A stretch of 37,527 nt of DNA from an uncultured Janthinobacterium sp. (GCA_964658025.1 CAZZXB010000011.1:1-37527); one strand, 5' to 3'; positions 1-10,494 are shown, counted from the stretch's first letter. The notes: generated by a model from the sequence alone, not told the origin. Translations and numbers: made by a program.

Positions 1-115
1 CGAACGGTCGAGAGCGTGGCGGACGCGCGCCGACGACGTCCGGATCGGTCGGCGCGATCGCGACGCCCGACATCGGTCCGTAGGCGTTGCCGGGCGCGCG
101 TGCAACGGGCCGATC

Positions 116-2224
116 ATGCGTCCGCCGCTCGCCTTCATCCTGCCGTTCGTCGCGACCGGCTCCGTCGTCGCGAGCGTCGCGTTCGCCGCGTCGCCGCACG
201 CGACCGATCCGTTTCTCTGGCTCGAGAGCGTGAGCGGCGCGCGCGCGACCGCGTGGGTGAGCGCCGAGAACGCGAAGACGCTCGCGGTTCTCGAACGCGA
301 TCCGCAGTTCTCCACGTTTCGCGCGGACGCCGTCGCGATCAACGGCGCGAGAGATCGTATCCCCGCGCCCGAGATCGTCGACGGACGCGTCTACAATTTT
401 TGGCAGGACGCGGAGCACGTGCGCGGGATCTGGCGTTCCGCGACGATCGCCGAGTACGCGAAATCCGAGCCCGCATGGACGACCGTCCTCGATCTCGACG
501 CGCTCGCGAAGGCCGAGGCGAAGAACTGGGTGTGGCACGGCGCCGATTGCGATTCGCCGAGCCGCACGCGCTGCATGATCTCGCTCTCCGACGGCGGCGA
601 GGACGCGTCGACGGCGCGCGAGTTCGATCTGAAAACCGGGCGCTTCGTCGACGGCGGATTCGTGCTCCCGCACGGCAAGCAATCGTTCGCGTGGGTCGAC
701 GACGACACGTTACTCGTCTCGCGCGAATGGGCGCCGGGCGAGCTCACCTCTTCGGGCTATCCCTATATCGTGAAGACGCTCGAGCGCGGCGAGCCGCTCG
801 CGAGCGCCGTCGAGCTGTATCGCGGAACGACGACGGACGTGAGCGTCGATCCGGGCGAGCTCCACGACGGCGACGGTCGGCGGCTCGTCTACCTCCAGCG
901 CGGCCTCACGACGTTCGAAAGCGAGAAGCGCCTCGCCGTGCCGGGCGCGCCCGCGCTCGCGCTGCCGCTCAAGGCCGAACTCTCGGCGCTCGTCGCCGGC
1001 AACCTCGTCGTAAAGCTCGACGACGCGTGGCAGGTCGGCGCGACGACGTATCCGCAAGGGGCGCTCGTCTCGCTCGATCTCGCGCGCGTGAAAGCCGACC
1101 CCGCGCATCTCGCGCCGACGCTCGTCGTCGCCCCCGGGCCGCGCGAGACGATCGAGGATGTGGGCGCGACGCGCGACCGTCTCGTCGTGACCGGTTTCGA
1201 TAACGTCCGCGGTCGGGCGTTCGCGTACGCGCCGGAGCGTGGCGGCGGCTGGTCGGCGCGCGCGCTACCGTTTCCGGACGACTCGACGATCGCGCTCGCG
1301 ACCTCCGACGAGTACGGGACGAACGCGTATCTCTCCGTGACGAGTTTTCTCGTCCCCTCGACGCTCTGGTCGCTCGACGCGGGCGCCGGCACGCCCGCGC
1401 GCGTGAAATCGGTGTCGCCGCAGTTCGATGCGTCGCGGGACGTCGTGGAACAGCGCGAGGCGACGTCGCGCGACGGCACGCAGGTGCCGTACTTCGTCGT
1501 GCATCCGAAGGCGATGAAGCTCGACGGAACGACGCCGACGATCCTCTACGCCTACGGCGGCTTTCAGGTCTCGGAGACGCCGCGTTATAGCGGCGTGCTC
1601 GGAAAACTCTGGCTCGAGCGCGGCGGCGCGTACGTGCTCGCGAACATCCGCGGCGGCGGGGAGTTCGGTCCGGCGTGGCACGAGGCGGGCCTCACGACGC
1701 ATCGCCAGCGTATCTACGACGACTTCGCCGCCGTCGCGGACGATCTCATCGCGAAAAAGATCACGTCGCCGCGTCGGCTCGGCATCCAAGGCGGATCGAA
1801 CGGCGGCTTGCTCATGGGCGTGGAATTCACGCAGCATCCCGAGCTCTGGAACGCCGTCGACATCCAGGTGCCGTTACTCGACATGCTTCGCTACGAGAAG
1901 ATCGCCGCGGGTTCGTCGTGGGTCGGCGAGTACGGCAGCGTCTCCAATCCCGAACAACGCGCGTTTCTCGCGTCGATCTCGCCGTACGATAATCTGCGAG
2001 CGGGCGTGCGATATCCCGAACCGTTCGTCTGGACGACGACGAAAGACGATCGCGTGGGACCGCAGCACGCGCGCAAGTTCGCCGCGAAACTCGCGGCGAT
2101 GGGCGTTCCGTATCTCTTCTACGAGGTGACCGAAGGCGGCCACGGGAGCGGTACGAACATCGCGGAGCGATCGCTCACCTCCGCGCTCGAATACACGTAT
2201 TTCACGCAGAAATTGATGCGCTAG
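116..2224 (+). CDS. Prolyl oligopeptidase family (S9A) serine peptidase, probably exported
   Basis: 702 aa. N-terminal hydrophobic signal-like segment, DPFLWLE motif, ANIRGGGEFG, catalytic GGSNGG, DDRV and EGGHG triad motifs. Confidence 0.93.
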   Translation: MRPPLAFILPFVATGSVVASVAFAASPHATDPFLWLESVSGARATAWVSAENAKTLAVLERDPQFSTFRADAVAINGARDRIPAPEIVDGRVYNFWQDAEHVRGIWRSATIAEYAKSEPAWTTVLDLDALAKAEAKNWVWHGADCDSPSRTRCMISLSDGGEDASTAREFDLKTGRFVDGGFVLPHGKQSFAWVDDDTLLVSREWAPGELTSSGYPYIVKTLERGEPLASAVELYRGTTTDVSVDPGELHDGDGRRLVYLQRGLTTFESEKRLAVPGAPALALPLKAELSALVAGNLVVKLDDAWQVGATTYPQGALVSLDLARVKADPAHLAPTLVVAPGPRETIEDVGATRDRLVVTGFDNVRGRAFAYAPERGGGWSARALPFPDDSTIALATSDEYGTNAYLSVTSFLVPSTLWSLDAGAGTPARVKSVSPQFDASRDVVEQREATSRDGTQVPYFVVHPKAMKLDGTTPTILYAYGGFQVSETPRYSGVLGKLWLERGGAYVLANIRGGGEFGPAWHEAGLTTHRQRIYDDFAAVADDLIAKKITSPRRLGIQGGSNGGLLMGVEFTQHPELWNAVDIQVPLLDMLRYEKIAAGSSWVGEYGSVSNPEQRAFLASISPYDNLRAGVRYPEPFVWTTTKDDRVGPQHARKFAAKLAAMGVPYLFYEVTEGGHGSGTNIAERSLTSALEYTYFTQKLMR

Positions 2225-2259
2225 GAGCACGTGCGGTCGTCGCTCGCCCGCATAAGGGC

Positions 2260-2288
2260 TTTACTTTCCATCCCGAGACGCGCACGAT
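2260..2288 (+). promoter_or_regulatory. Putative sigma70-type promoter TTTACT-N17-CACGAT
   Basis: TTTACT at 2260-2265 and CACGAT at 2283-2288 with a 17-nt spacer, upstream of a structured region. The -10 is imperfect. Confidence 0.3.
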
Positions 2289-2291
2289 GCG

Positions 2292-2480
2292 TACATCTGC
2301 AGATCGATACTCCGAATGCGAAAAGGAGGGCGGTGTAGATGCCGCAGGATCCCCCGAACCAAAGAGGTGGAAGCGCACGAATGTAGCGCATCGCGAGATG
2401 CACTCGAGTGTCGGCGGACATAATCCGCAGTGCGCTCCGGAGAACAGCATGACGAAAGCCGTGAGTTCGCGGCTTTCGTC
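2292..2480 (+). ncRNA. Candidate structured small RNA or small-ORF transcript, family unknown
   Basis: Nested stems: CATCTGCA/TGTAGATG, CTCC/GGAG, AGCGCAC/GTGCGCT, GCATC-GCGA-GATGC and GCGGA-CATAA-TCCGC, ending in an 11-bp terminator hairpin. Confidence 0.35.
2451..2480. terminator. Intrinsic terminator hairpin, probably bidirectional
   Basis: Perfect 11-bp inverted repeat GACGAAAGCCG-N8-CGGCTTTCGTC between convergent genes. Confidence 0.75.
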
Positions 2481-2520
2481 TCGTTCCGCGTCGCGTTACG
2501 TGCGGTGGGATACGCGAGCA

Positions 2521-4056
2521 TCACGCGACGCGGAGCGCGCGCTCGAGCGAACGATAACCGATCGCTTCGGCGAGGTGCGCGGCCTCGATCGATTCGGCAC
2601 CGGCGAGATCGGCGATCGTCCGCGAGACGCGTACGACGCGATCGAGCGCGCGCGCGGAGAGGCGTCCCGTCGCCGAGGCCGCGCGTAACAACTCCGTCCC
2701 GCGTGCGTCGAGTTGCGCGAAGGTCCGCATATCCGCCGAGCGCAGTTCGGCGTTCGTTTCGTACGATCGAGACGCGTAGCGTTCTCGCTGAATCGTCCGC
2801 GCCGCTTCGACGCGCGCGCGGATCGGTTCGGATCGTTCCGCGGGCGCGCGCGCCGAGATCTCGTCGAACGAAACGCGCGAGACCTCGACGTGGAGATCGA
2901 TGCGGTCGAGGAGCGGCCCGGAAAGCTTCGCGACGTAGCGCGCGACCGCGGCATCGTCGCAGCGACAATCGCTCGCGCGCACGCCGCGGAATCCGCACGG
3001 GCACGGATTCATCGACGTGACGAGCGTGAAGCGTGCCGGGAACACGCACGTCCGCGCGGCGCGCGCGACCGAAACGGTCCCGTCCTCCAGCGGCTGACGC
3101 ATCGTCTCGAGCGCCGCGCGGTTGAATTCCGCGAGTTCGTCGAGAAAGAGCACGCCCGAAGACGCCAAGGTGATCTCGCCCGGTCGCGGATTCGAGCCGC
3201 CTCCGCAGAGCGCGACCTGCGAGATCGTATGGTGCGGTGCGCGAAACGGGCGGCTCGTCACGATCCCCGCACCCTCTTCGAGCAGACCCGCGGCGCTGTA
3301 GATCTTCGTGACCTCGAGTGCTTCGCCCGGCGACATGCGCGGCAAGATCGACGGCAGGCGCTGCGCGAGCATCGTCTTCCCGCATCCCGGCGGCCCGACG
3401 AGCGAGACGTTGTGCCCGCCCGCCGCCGCGATCTCGAGCGCGCGTTTCGCGAGCGATTGGCCGCGCACGTCGGAGTAATCGGCGAGCGGTGGGCTCGGTT
3501 TCGAAGGGCGGCACCGTTCGCTCGCAAGATAGCGATACTTCTCGCCGTGCCCGACCACGACCGCGACCGCATCGTGCAAGGCGTCGACCGCGTAGATCGC
3601 GAGATCGCCGACGAGCGCGGCTTCGCTCGCGTTTCCGCGCGGCACGATCAGTGCGTCGAAGCCGCTGTCGCGCGCGGCGATCGCCATCGACAGGACGCCG
3701 CGCGTGGGCCGCACGGCACCGTCGAGCGCGAGCTCGCCGAGCGCGACGAAGCGTTGGAGCGCGAGCGTATCGAGCTGCTCCTCGAGTGCGAGTAACGAGA
3801 GCGCGATCGGCAGATCGAATCCCGGCCCGACTTTGCGCACCTCCGCGGGCGCGAGGTTGACGAGCACCTTGCCCGCGGGAAAGCGGTAGCCCGAGTTGAT
3901 GACGGCCGACCGCACGCGATCGCGCGCTTCGCCGAGCGCCCGATCCGGCAGGCCGATGAGCGAGAACGCGGGCGTACCGGGCGCGCTATCCGCTTCGACG
4001 CGAACGACGTACCCGTCGACGCCGAGCATCGCCGCCGAATGAGCGAGAGCGAGCAC
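2521..4056 (-). CDS. comM: ComM/YifB family Mg-chelatase-like AAA+ ATPase
   Basis: 511 aa. IGLPD, VNLAPA, GELALDG, Walker A GPPGCGKT, RPFRAPHHT, LFLDE, NPCPCG and LLDRID motifs. GGAGGT RBS before the GTG start. Confidence 0.93.
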   Translation of the reverse strand: MLALAHSAAMLGVDGYVVRVEADSAPGTPAFSLIGLPDRALGEARDRVRSAVINSGYRFPAGKVLVNLAPAEVRKVGPGFDLPIALSLLALEEQLDTLALQRFVALGELALDGAVRPTRGVLSMAIAARDSGFDALIVPRGNASEAALVGDLAIYAVDALHDAVAVVVGHGEKYRYLASERCRPSKPSPPLADYSDVRGQSLAKRALEIAAAGGHNVSLVGPPGCGKTMLAQRLPSILPRMSPGEALEVTKIYSAAGLLEEGAGIVTSRPFRAPHHTISQVALCGGGSNPRPGEITLASSGVLFLDELAEFNRAALETMRQPLEDGTVSVARAARTCVFPARFTLVTSMNPCPCGFRGVRASDCRCDDAAVARYVAKLSGPLLDRIDLHVEVSRVSFDEISARAPAERSEPIRARVEAARTIQRERYASRSYETNAELRSADMRTFAQLDARGTELLRAASATGRLSARALDRVVRVSRTIADLAGAESIEAAHLAEAIGYRSLERALRVA

Positions 4057-4344
4057 GGAACACCTCCGCTCTCGCTATCGCGACGGCCCGGCGTTACGCA
4101 AGGACGCGGCGTGAAACACGCGAGATCGACCTATGAAACGGGTGCTCGACCGAGGCTCGTCGCCCGTAGGGCTCGTAGTTCTCGAACCGCGTGCACCGAA
4201 TATCGCGATTCCGCGCGGTTTCTCGTTCGTATCGCACCCGCGATCTTTTCTGACGAAACGCCTTCGAGGCGGCACGCAGAAGATATCTCGCCGAGCCGCG
4301 CGCGTCGCGGTATCGCCGCGCGTAAGGCCGTTCGGCTTCGGAGC

Positions 4345-5760
4345 TCAGCCCTGGCCGACGTACTCGACGTCGGGTTTGCGATCGTCCCAATACCCGTAGT
4401 CGATCTCGCCCGGAAAATTCTGGAAGTACTGCGACCAGCGCGTCGTCACCGAGCAATCGATGTTGTTATTGGTGACGATCGGCGAGCCGAACGCCGTCCA
4501 CGACGTCGTCCCCGCCGCGAGATGCATGCGATAGAGGTTGTTGCCGTGGCCGATGATCCCGCCGATCGGCGTGCCGTGGCCGTAGATGTAGATGCCGCCC
4601 GCACCGTCCGGCCCGAGCGAGGGATCGTGCGTCTCTTGCGCGGCCGGTTGGCGATCGCCGAACCACGTCACGTAATCGGACGAGTACCAATACCGGATCG
4701 TGTCCTGCGTATCGACGTACGTCACGTGCGCGGTTCCGTCGGCGGTGACGAGCATCGAGGGGCCCTGATCGATCGTCGTCTGCGCGTAGCCCGGATTACC
4801 GCCGTAGTTCGTGTCCGGGATGCTCACGGATGCGACCCACACGCCGCCCTTCATCGCGCGTACCGAGATCGAACCGTCCGGCACGTTGTACCCGAGCAAT
4901 TCGTTGCCGACGAGCCACGCGACGAGCAACGTGCCGTTCGGCGCGAACGCCATCGTCGGATGGATCGCGGTCAATCCCGTCGCGAGGAGCGTGTCGTCGA
5001 TCTGCGTGACGGCGGACCAGACGCCTCCGGCGCGGTTCGCGTAGACGACGTGCTTGAGTCCGTCGTTCCCGACCGCCGACCACACGACGTGCGGCGTCCC
5101 CGACGCGTCGACCGCGATGCCGATCCCCTCGCGCCCCTGGCCCGAGGTTCCGCTCACCGTGTTCCCGAGTCGCGTCGGCGTCCCCCAAACGCCCGCGCGC
5201 GTGTCGAACGTGACGACGTACGCACCCTCTTGTTGCGTGATGTAGGCTTCGTAGATCGTGTCGTTGCCGTCGATCGCGAGCGCGGAGCTCTCGATCGTGT
5301 CGTTCGGCCCGAGGACGGGTACCGGCCGATGCGCGGCGTCGCGCTCGACGAAGTGTCCGGGCGTTCCGGCCTGCGCCGCGGCGTACATCGGGAGCGCGTT
5401 GAGATAGCAATTGGGATACGCCGCGCACGTCGGCACGGAGACGTATTCGACGTTCGTGCTCGTGCGCACGATCTGATGCGGCGAGACGTCGCTGAAGCCG
5501 GGGCCGACGACGGTCTGACTCGCCGGAAGCGTCGGCGGCGCGGGCGTGTTCGTCGCTCCCGGTTTCGGTGTGGGCGTCGGTGAGGCTCCGGGCTGCACCG
5601 CGATCGATTTCGGCGTCGCGGTCGCGACCGCCGGAACGATCGACGTCGCGGTCGCCGTTCCACCGCCGCCGCCTCCGCAGCCCGCGACGACGCCCGCGGC
5701 GAGTGCGAAACCGAACCGTCGAACGAACGAGGCGACGCGCGGAAGGAACTCGGGCATCAC
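4345..5760 (-). CDS. Lipoprotein of unknown function with a Pro/Thr-rich linker and a probable beta-propeller/BNR-like body
   Basis: Start reassigned to GTG 5760 (or ATG 5757) after an AGGAG RBS. Lipobox VAG-C followed by GGGGGG. Repeated IAVD..G.PHV.W-type blades and SSDYVTW. Confidence 0.7.
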   Translation of the reverse strand: MMPEFLPRVASFVRRFGFALAAGVVAGCGGGGGGTATATSIVPAVATATPKSIAVQPGASPTPTPKPGATNTPAPPTLPASQTVVGPGFSDVSPHQIVRTSTNVEYVSVPTCAAYPNCYLNALPMYAAAQAGTPGHFVERDAAHRPVPVLGPNDTIESSALAIDGNDTIYEAYITQQEGAYVVTFDTRAGVWGTPTRLGNTVSGTSGQGREGIGIAVDASGTPHVVWSAVGNDGLKHVVYANRAGGVWSAVTQIDDTLLATGLTAIHPTMAFAPNGTLLVAWLVGNELLGYNVPDGSISVRAMKGGVWVASVSIPDTNYGGNPGYAQTTIDQGPSMLVTADGTAHVTYVDTQDTIRYWYSSDYVTWFGDRQPAAQETHDPSLGPDGAGGIYIYGHGTPIGGIIGHGNNLYRMHLAAGTTSWTAFGSPIVTNNNIDCSVTTRWSQYFQNFPGEIDYGYWDDRKPDVEYVGQG

Positions 5761-6001
5761 GGTCTCCTGCGACGCGCGCGCATCGAACGGGAAGATCGAC
5801 GAACATCGACGCCGTGGGGACGTTGCGTCGTTGCGTCGTTGCGGCTCGAGAACGTCGGCCACGTCGGAAGTTACAACGTCGGCGCGTGCAAATCATCTTC
5901 GCGTCTCGCGACATCATACGAAAGCGTGACTCGCGAACTCTCTGTGATTTCTTCCAGAATACGGAATCGTTGTTCCCTACGCCTAAGTGCGGATCAACGC
6001 T

Positions 6002-9000
6002 ATGTTCAGTTTCTTTCTCACGCGCCCGATTTTCGCCGCGGTCCTCTCCGCGGTGATCCTGACGGCGGGGATCGTCGCGATCCCGACCCTTCCCATCGGA
6101 CAGTTCCCGCAGATCGCCCCGCCGACCATCGTCGTCTCCTCGACGTATCCCGGCGCGAACGCCCAACAAGTCGAGTCGGCGGTGACGACGCCGATCGAAG
6201 AGGCGATCAACGGTTCGCAAGGTCTGCGCTACATCACCTCGCAGAGCGGCGACGACGGAACGTCGACGATCACGGCGACCTTCGATCTCTCGCGCGATAT
6301 CGATCGCGCGGCGGCCGACGTGCTCGTCGCCGTGCAACAGGCGTCGGGCGAGATCCCGTCCGTCGTCAAAACGCAGGGCGTGACGGTGCGCAAGGTGCTC
6401 GGTTCGTTCTTACTGAGCGTCTCGCTCACGTCGGACGATCCGAAATACGACACGACCTTTCTCTCGAATTACGCGTCGTTGCAGATCGTCGATCCGCTCA
6501 AGCGCATCAGCGGCGTCGGCGACATCTCGATCTTCGGACAACGCACCTACGCGATGCGCGTGTGGATCGATCCGAAGAAACTCGCCGACAACGGCCTCAC
6601 GCCGGCGAGCGTCGCGACGGCGCTCACCGCGCAGAACGTGCAGGTCCCCGCGGGCGCGTTCGGTCAGGAGCCCACGCCCGTCGGCCAGCCGTATTACGTG
6701 AGCGTCCGCGTGGAGGGCCAACTCGCCGACGCGAAAGCGTTCGATAACGTCGTCGTCAAGACGGTCGGAAACGGCGGCTACGTCCGCATCCGCGACATCG
6801 GATACACGGAGCTCGGCGCGGAGAGTTATTCGAACAGCGCGACGCGCAACGGGCGCGTGACGACCGGTCTCGGTATCCAACAGCTTCCGTCGGCGAACGC
6901 GCTCGCCGTCTCGACGGCCGTCCTCAAAGAGATGGACGCGCTCTCCAAGCACTTCCCGCCGGGCGTCCATTGGGGACTCAACTTCGATACGACCGACTTC
7001 GTGCGCGAGTCGATCAACGAGGTCTTCCTCACCTTACTGTTCTCGATCTTGCTCGTCATCGTCGTCATCTTCATCTTCTTGCAAGATTGGAAGACGACGT
7101 TGATCCCGGCGATCACGATCCCCGTCTCGCTCGTCGGCACGTTCGGGTTGATCTCGGCGCTCGGGTTCACGATCAACACGCTGACGCTATTCGGTCTGAC
7201 GCTCGCGACGGGACTCGTCGTCGACGACGCGATCGTCGTCATCGAAAACATCGCGCGCTACATGGACGAACACAAGGATCTCGCCAAGATCGACGCGGCG
7301 AGGCACGCGCTCAAGGAGATCGCCGGCGCCGTCGTCGCGACCTCGCTCGTGCTCCTCGCGGTGTTCGTTCCCGTCGGTTTCTTCCCGGGCGTCACGGGTC
7401 AGCTCTACAAACAATTCGCGCTGACGATCGCGTGCTCGGTCGCGATCTCGCTTTTCGTCGCGCTCACGCTGACGCCGGCGCTCGCCGTGCTGCTCGTCTC
7501 GCCCGCCGCGGAAGAGCACAAGGAGACGGGCTTTTTCGGACCGATCAATCGCGCGATCTCGTGGTTGCGCCGCGGGTACGAGTCGCTGTTGCACAAGCTC
7601 GTGCCGCTGAAGTGGATCGTGTTCGCGGGTTTCGTCGTCTCGCTCGCGCTCACGCTCGTGCTCTTCGTCTCCACGCCGACGGGCTTCTTACCGGACGAAG
7701 ATCTCGGTCTGTTCTACATCACGATCCAGGCACCGCAAGGGACGTCGCTCGCGCAGGAGCAGGTCATCGGCAGAAAGGTGGCCGCACTCGTCAACAAACT
7801 CCACGGCGTGCAGATCGTCTTCAACGTGAGCGGTCGCGGTCTCGGCGGTTCGGGGAACGGGACGAACGTGGGCTTCATCGTCGTGCGGCTCGCACCGTGG
7901 GGCGAGCGCAAGGCGCCGGACGAACAGGCCTCCGCGATGATCGCGGCGTTGCGACCCCAACTCGCGAAGATCCCCTCGACGCAGATCTTCGCGCTCAATC
8001 CGCCGGCGGTGCAGGGCATCGGGTCGGTCGGCGGCTTCCAATACGAACTCGAAGATCCGGCCAACGGGAGCTACCAGCCGCTCTTCACGGAAGCGCAGAA
8101 ACTCATCGGTCAGGCCAATACGTCGGGCGAGGTGACGATCGCGAATACGACGTTCAGCGCGACGGCGCCGCACGACGTCATCACGGTCGATCGGGCCAAG
8201 GCCGAGAGCGCGGGCGTGAACGTCGGCGACGTGTTCAACGCCTTGCAGACCGTCATCGGATCCGAATACGTCAACGACTTCACCTATAACAATCGCGTCT
8301 ACCACGTCTACATCCAGGGGCAGCCCGAGGCCCGCGCGCGGTTCGCCGATCTCCAAAAGATCTACGTGACGTCGTCGACGGGACAGACGTCGCCCGTGAC
8401 GGACTTTCTCTCGGAATCGTTCGACACGAGCCCGCCGATCGTCACGCACTACAATCTCTTCCGCGACATCGAGATCACGGGACAGACGCCGGCCGGAAAA
8501 GGCAGCGGCGATTCGCTCGGCGAGATGCAGACGCTCTCGAACGACCTTCCCAATAACTATACGCACGAGTGGTCGGGTATCTCGCTCGAGCAGATCCAAG
8601 GCGGCGGGGCGTCCGCGATCCTGTTCGGACTCGGATTGCTCTTCGTGTTCTTCGTGCTCGCCGCGCAGTACGAGAGCCTGACCGAGCCGCTCATCATCTT
8701 GCTCGCGACGCCGGTCGCGATCTTGGGCGCGATCGTCGGCCTGCGCTTGCGCGGGATCTCGAGCGACGTCTACGCGCAGGTCGGATACGTCCTGCTCATC
8801 GGGCTCGCGAGTAAGAACGCGATCCTCATCGTCGAGTTCGCGAACCAGCTTCGCGAACAGGGGATGTCGGCCGTGGAGGCCGTCACGCGCGCGGCCGAAA
8901 CGCGCTTGCGCCCGATCCTCATGACCTCGTTCGCGTTCATCCTCGGCATCGTGCCGCTCGTCTTCGCGAGCGGCGCCGGTGCCGCGAGCCGGCACTCGCT

Positions 9001-9124
9001 CGGCACGGCCGTCTTCGGCGGCATGCTCGTCTCGACGATCCTCAACCTCGTCATCGTTCCCGCACTCTACCTGATCGTGGCGATCTTCGATCACAGCCAC
9101 GACAAGCCGAAAGACGCATCGTGA
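6002..9124 (+). CDS. RND efflux permease (HAE1, AcrB/MexF-like)
   Basis: About 1040 aa. FFLTRPIFA start, LPIGQFPQIAPP, GLVVDDAIVVIEN, KNAILIVEFA and RLRPILMTS motifs. Confidence 0.95.
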   Translation: MFSFFLTRPIFAAVLSAVILTAGIVAIPTLPIGQFPQIAPPTIVVSSTYPGANAQQVESAVTTPIEEAINGSQGLRYITSQSGDDGTSTITATFDLSRDIDRAAADVLVAVQQASGEIPSVVKTQGVTVRKVLGSFLLSVSLTSDDPKYDTTFLSNYASLQIVDPLKRISGVGDISIFGQRTYAMRVWIDPKKLADNGLTPASVATALTAQNVQVPAGAFGQEPTPVGQPYYVSVRVEGQLADAKAFDNVVVKTVGNGGYVRIRDIGYTELGAESYSNSATRNGRVTTGLGIQQLPSANALAVSTAVLKEMDALSKHFPPGVHWGLNFDTTDFVRESINEVFLTLLFSILLVIVVIFIFLQDWKTTLIPAITIPVSLVGTFGLISALGFTINTLTLFGLTLATGLVVDDAIVVIENIARYMDEHKDLAKIDAARHALKEIAGAVVATSLVLLAVFVPVGFFPGVTGQLYKQFALTIACSVAISLFVALTLTPALAVLLVSPAAEEHKETGFFGPINRAISWLRRGYESLLHKLVPLKWIVFAGFVVSLALTLVLFVSTPTGFLPDEDLGLFYITIQAPQGTSLAQEQVIGRKVAALVNKLHGVQIVFNVSGRGLGGSGNGTNVGFIVVRLAPWGERKAPDEQASAMIAALRPQLAKIPSTQIFALNPPAVQGIGSVGGFQYELEDPANGSYQPLFTEAQKLIGQANTSGEVTIANTTFSATAPHDVITVDRAKAESAGVNVGDVFNALQTVIGSEYVNDFTYNNRVYHVYIQGQPEARARFADLQKIYVTSSTGQTSPVTDFLSESFDTSPPIVTHYNLFRDIEITGQTPAGKGSGDSLGEMQTLSNDLPNNYTHEWSGISLEQIQGGGASAILFGLGLLFVFFVLAAQYESLTEPLIILLATPVAILGAIVGLRLRGISSDVYAQVGYVLLIGLASKNAILIVEFANQLREQGMSAVEAVTRAAETRLRPILMTSFAFILGIVPLVFASGAGAASRHSLGTAVFGGMLVSTILNLVIVPALYLIVAIFDHSHDKPKDAS

Positions 9125-10494
9125 CATCACGTTCCCGCCCGCTCTCGTCCCGCGCGCTCGTCGCTCTCGTCGCCGCAACCCTGACCGGATGCGGCGGCCA
9201 ACCGCAAAAACCGGCGCCCCCGCCCGTCTCGGTGACGACCGCGAAGATCACGCGCGGAACGATCGCGAACTACGACACGCTCGACGGGCAGATCACGCCG
9301 TACCTGCAGTCGAGCCTCGCGACCCAGCAGGCCGGAACGATCGTGCGCGAGTTCGCGAACGAGGGCGATCGCGTTTCCGCGGGCGAGGTGCTCGCGAAGA
9401 TCGACGACTCGCCCCTGCGCGCGCAGCTCCAAGAACAAGAAGGCAGTTCGGTTCAAGCGCAAGCGAAGCTCGATCAGTCGAGGATCCAGTTACCGATCAC
9501 GAACCAGCAATATCGCTCGGCGTTCGAACAGGCGCAACAGTCGCTCACCCAGGCGCGCCAACAAGTGAGCGGCGATCGCGCCGCGGTCCGCAACGCGCGG
9601 ATCGCCTACGACGGCAACGTCCAACTGTTCCATCAGGGCTTCGTCTCGCGGACGGCGTTCGAATCGGCGCGCTCCACGTACGTCCGCGCGCAGTCGACGC
9701 TCCGCCAGGATCTCGAGAAGATCTCGCAGGCGCGGTCCGCGCTCGCGCAGGCCGACCGTAACCGCCTCAACACGCCCTTACAGGGTCAGGTGATCGTGGA
9801 GAACCGTGGTGCCGTCACGCAGGCGTCCGGTCAGGTCGCGCTCACGCAAACCCAGATCGGGCAGACGACGCTCGAATCGCCGTTCGACGGCGTCGTGACC
9901 CAGCGGCTCCTCGATCCGGGAGCGTACGCGGGGCCGAGCGCGCCGCTGTTCGTGATCTCGCAGGTCGATCCCATCTACGTCGACTTCAACGTGAAACAGG
10001 ACGATCTGCGCTACACGCAACCGGGCGCGCTCGTCACCTTCGCGACGGGCGACGAGCCGTCGCGTCGCTACAACGCCGCCGTCAAGAGTCTCAACGTCGT
10101 TCCGACGACGGGTTCGTTGCTCTATCGGGCACGGCTCGTCGTCCGCAACCCGGACGATCGGTTACGCGGCGGCATGCTCGTGACGGTGCGGATCACGAAA
10201 GCGCTCCATCGCGACGTCCTCCTCGCGCCGCGCGGCGCCGTGCAGGTGCAGGGCGACAAGGCGAACCTGTTCCTCGTGCGCGACGGCCCGCAGGGCGGGG
10301 ACGCCTCGCCGTCGCCCTCCCCCGCTCCCTCCGCGTCGCCGAGCCTCACGGCCGAGAACGTTCCGGTCCGGCTCGGGCTCCAGAACGATACGTATTTCGA
10401 GGTCGAGAGTCCGAAGCTCCACGAAGGGGCCGACGTCGTGGCGTCGCGGCCCGATAGCCTGCACGACGGGACCGCGGTCGTCGTCGGCCATTAG
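9121..10494 (+). CDS. RND periplasmic adaptor (membrane fusion protein), lipoprotein
   Basis: 4-nt overlap with the permease stop. Lipobox LTG-C, lipoyl half-motifs (EGDRVSAGEVLAKID, SPFDGVV) and a long coiled coil. Confidence 0.9.
   Translation: MTSRSRPLSSRALVALVAATLTGCGGQPQKPAPPPVSVTTAKITRGTIANYDTLDGQITPYLQSSLATQQAGTIVREFANEGDRVSAGEVLAKIDDSPLRAQLQEQEGSSVQAQAKLDQSRIQLPITNQQYRSAFEQAQQSLTQARQQVSGDRAAVRNARIAYDGNVQLFHQGFVSRTAFESARSTYVRAQSTLRQDLEKISQARSALAQADRNRLNTPLQGQVIVENRGAVTQASGQVALTQTQIGQTTLESPFDGVVTQRLLDPGAYAGPSAPLFVISQVDPIYVDFNVKQDDLRYTQPGALVTFATGDEPSRRYNAAVKSLNVVPTTGSLLYRARLVVRNPDDRLRGGMLVTVRITKALHRDVLLAPRGAVQVQGDKANLFLVRDGPQGGDASPSPSPAPSASPSLTAENVPVRLGLQNDTYFEVESPKLHEGADVVASRPDSLHDGTAVVVGH

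Noticed and set aside
2361..2378. AAAGAGGTGGAAGCGC resembles a T-box sequence
   Set aside because: It lacks the TGGNACC core, and no amino-acid gene follows on this strand.
2427..2450. TCCGGAGAACAGCAT loosely resembles SRP RNA domain IV
   Set aside because: The CAGG...GGAA...AGCAG symmetric loop is not present.
4108..4140. GTGAAACA as a parS site; TGAAAC repeated at 22-bp spacing upstream of comM
   Set aside because: Only a half-site is present with no palindrome, and the repeat is too short to support a call.
5821..5882. Short repeats CGTTGCG x3 (8-nt spacing) and ACGTCGG x3 in the divergent intergenic region
   Set aside because: Low-complexity GC-rich words that cannot be distinguished from background.
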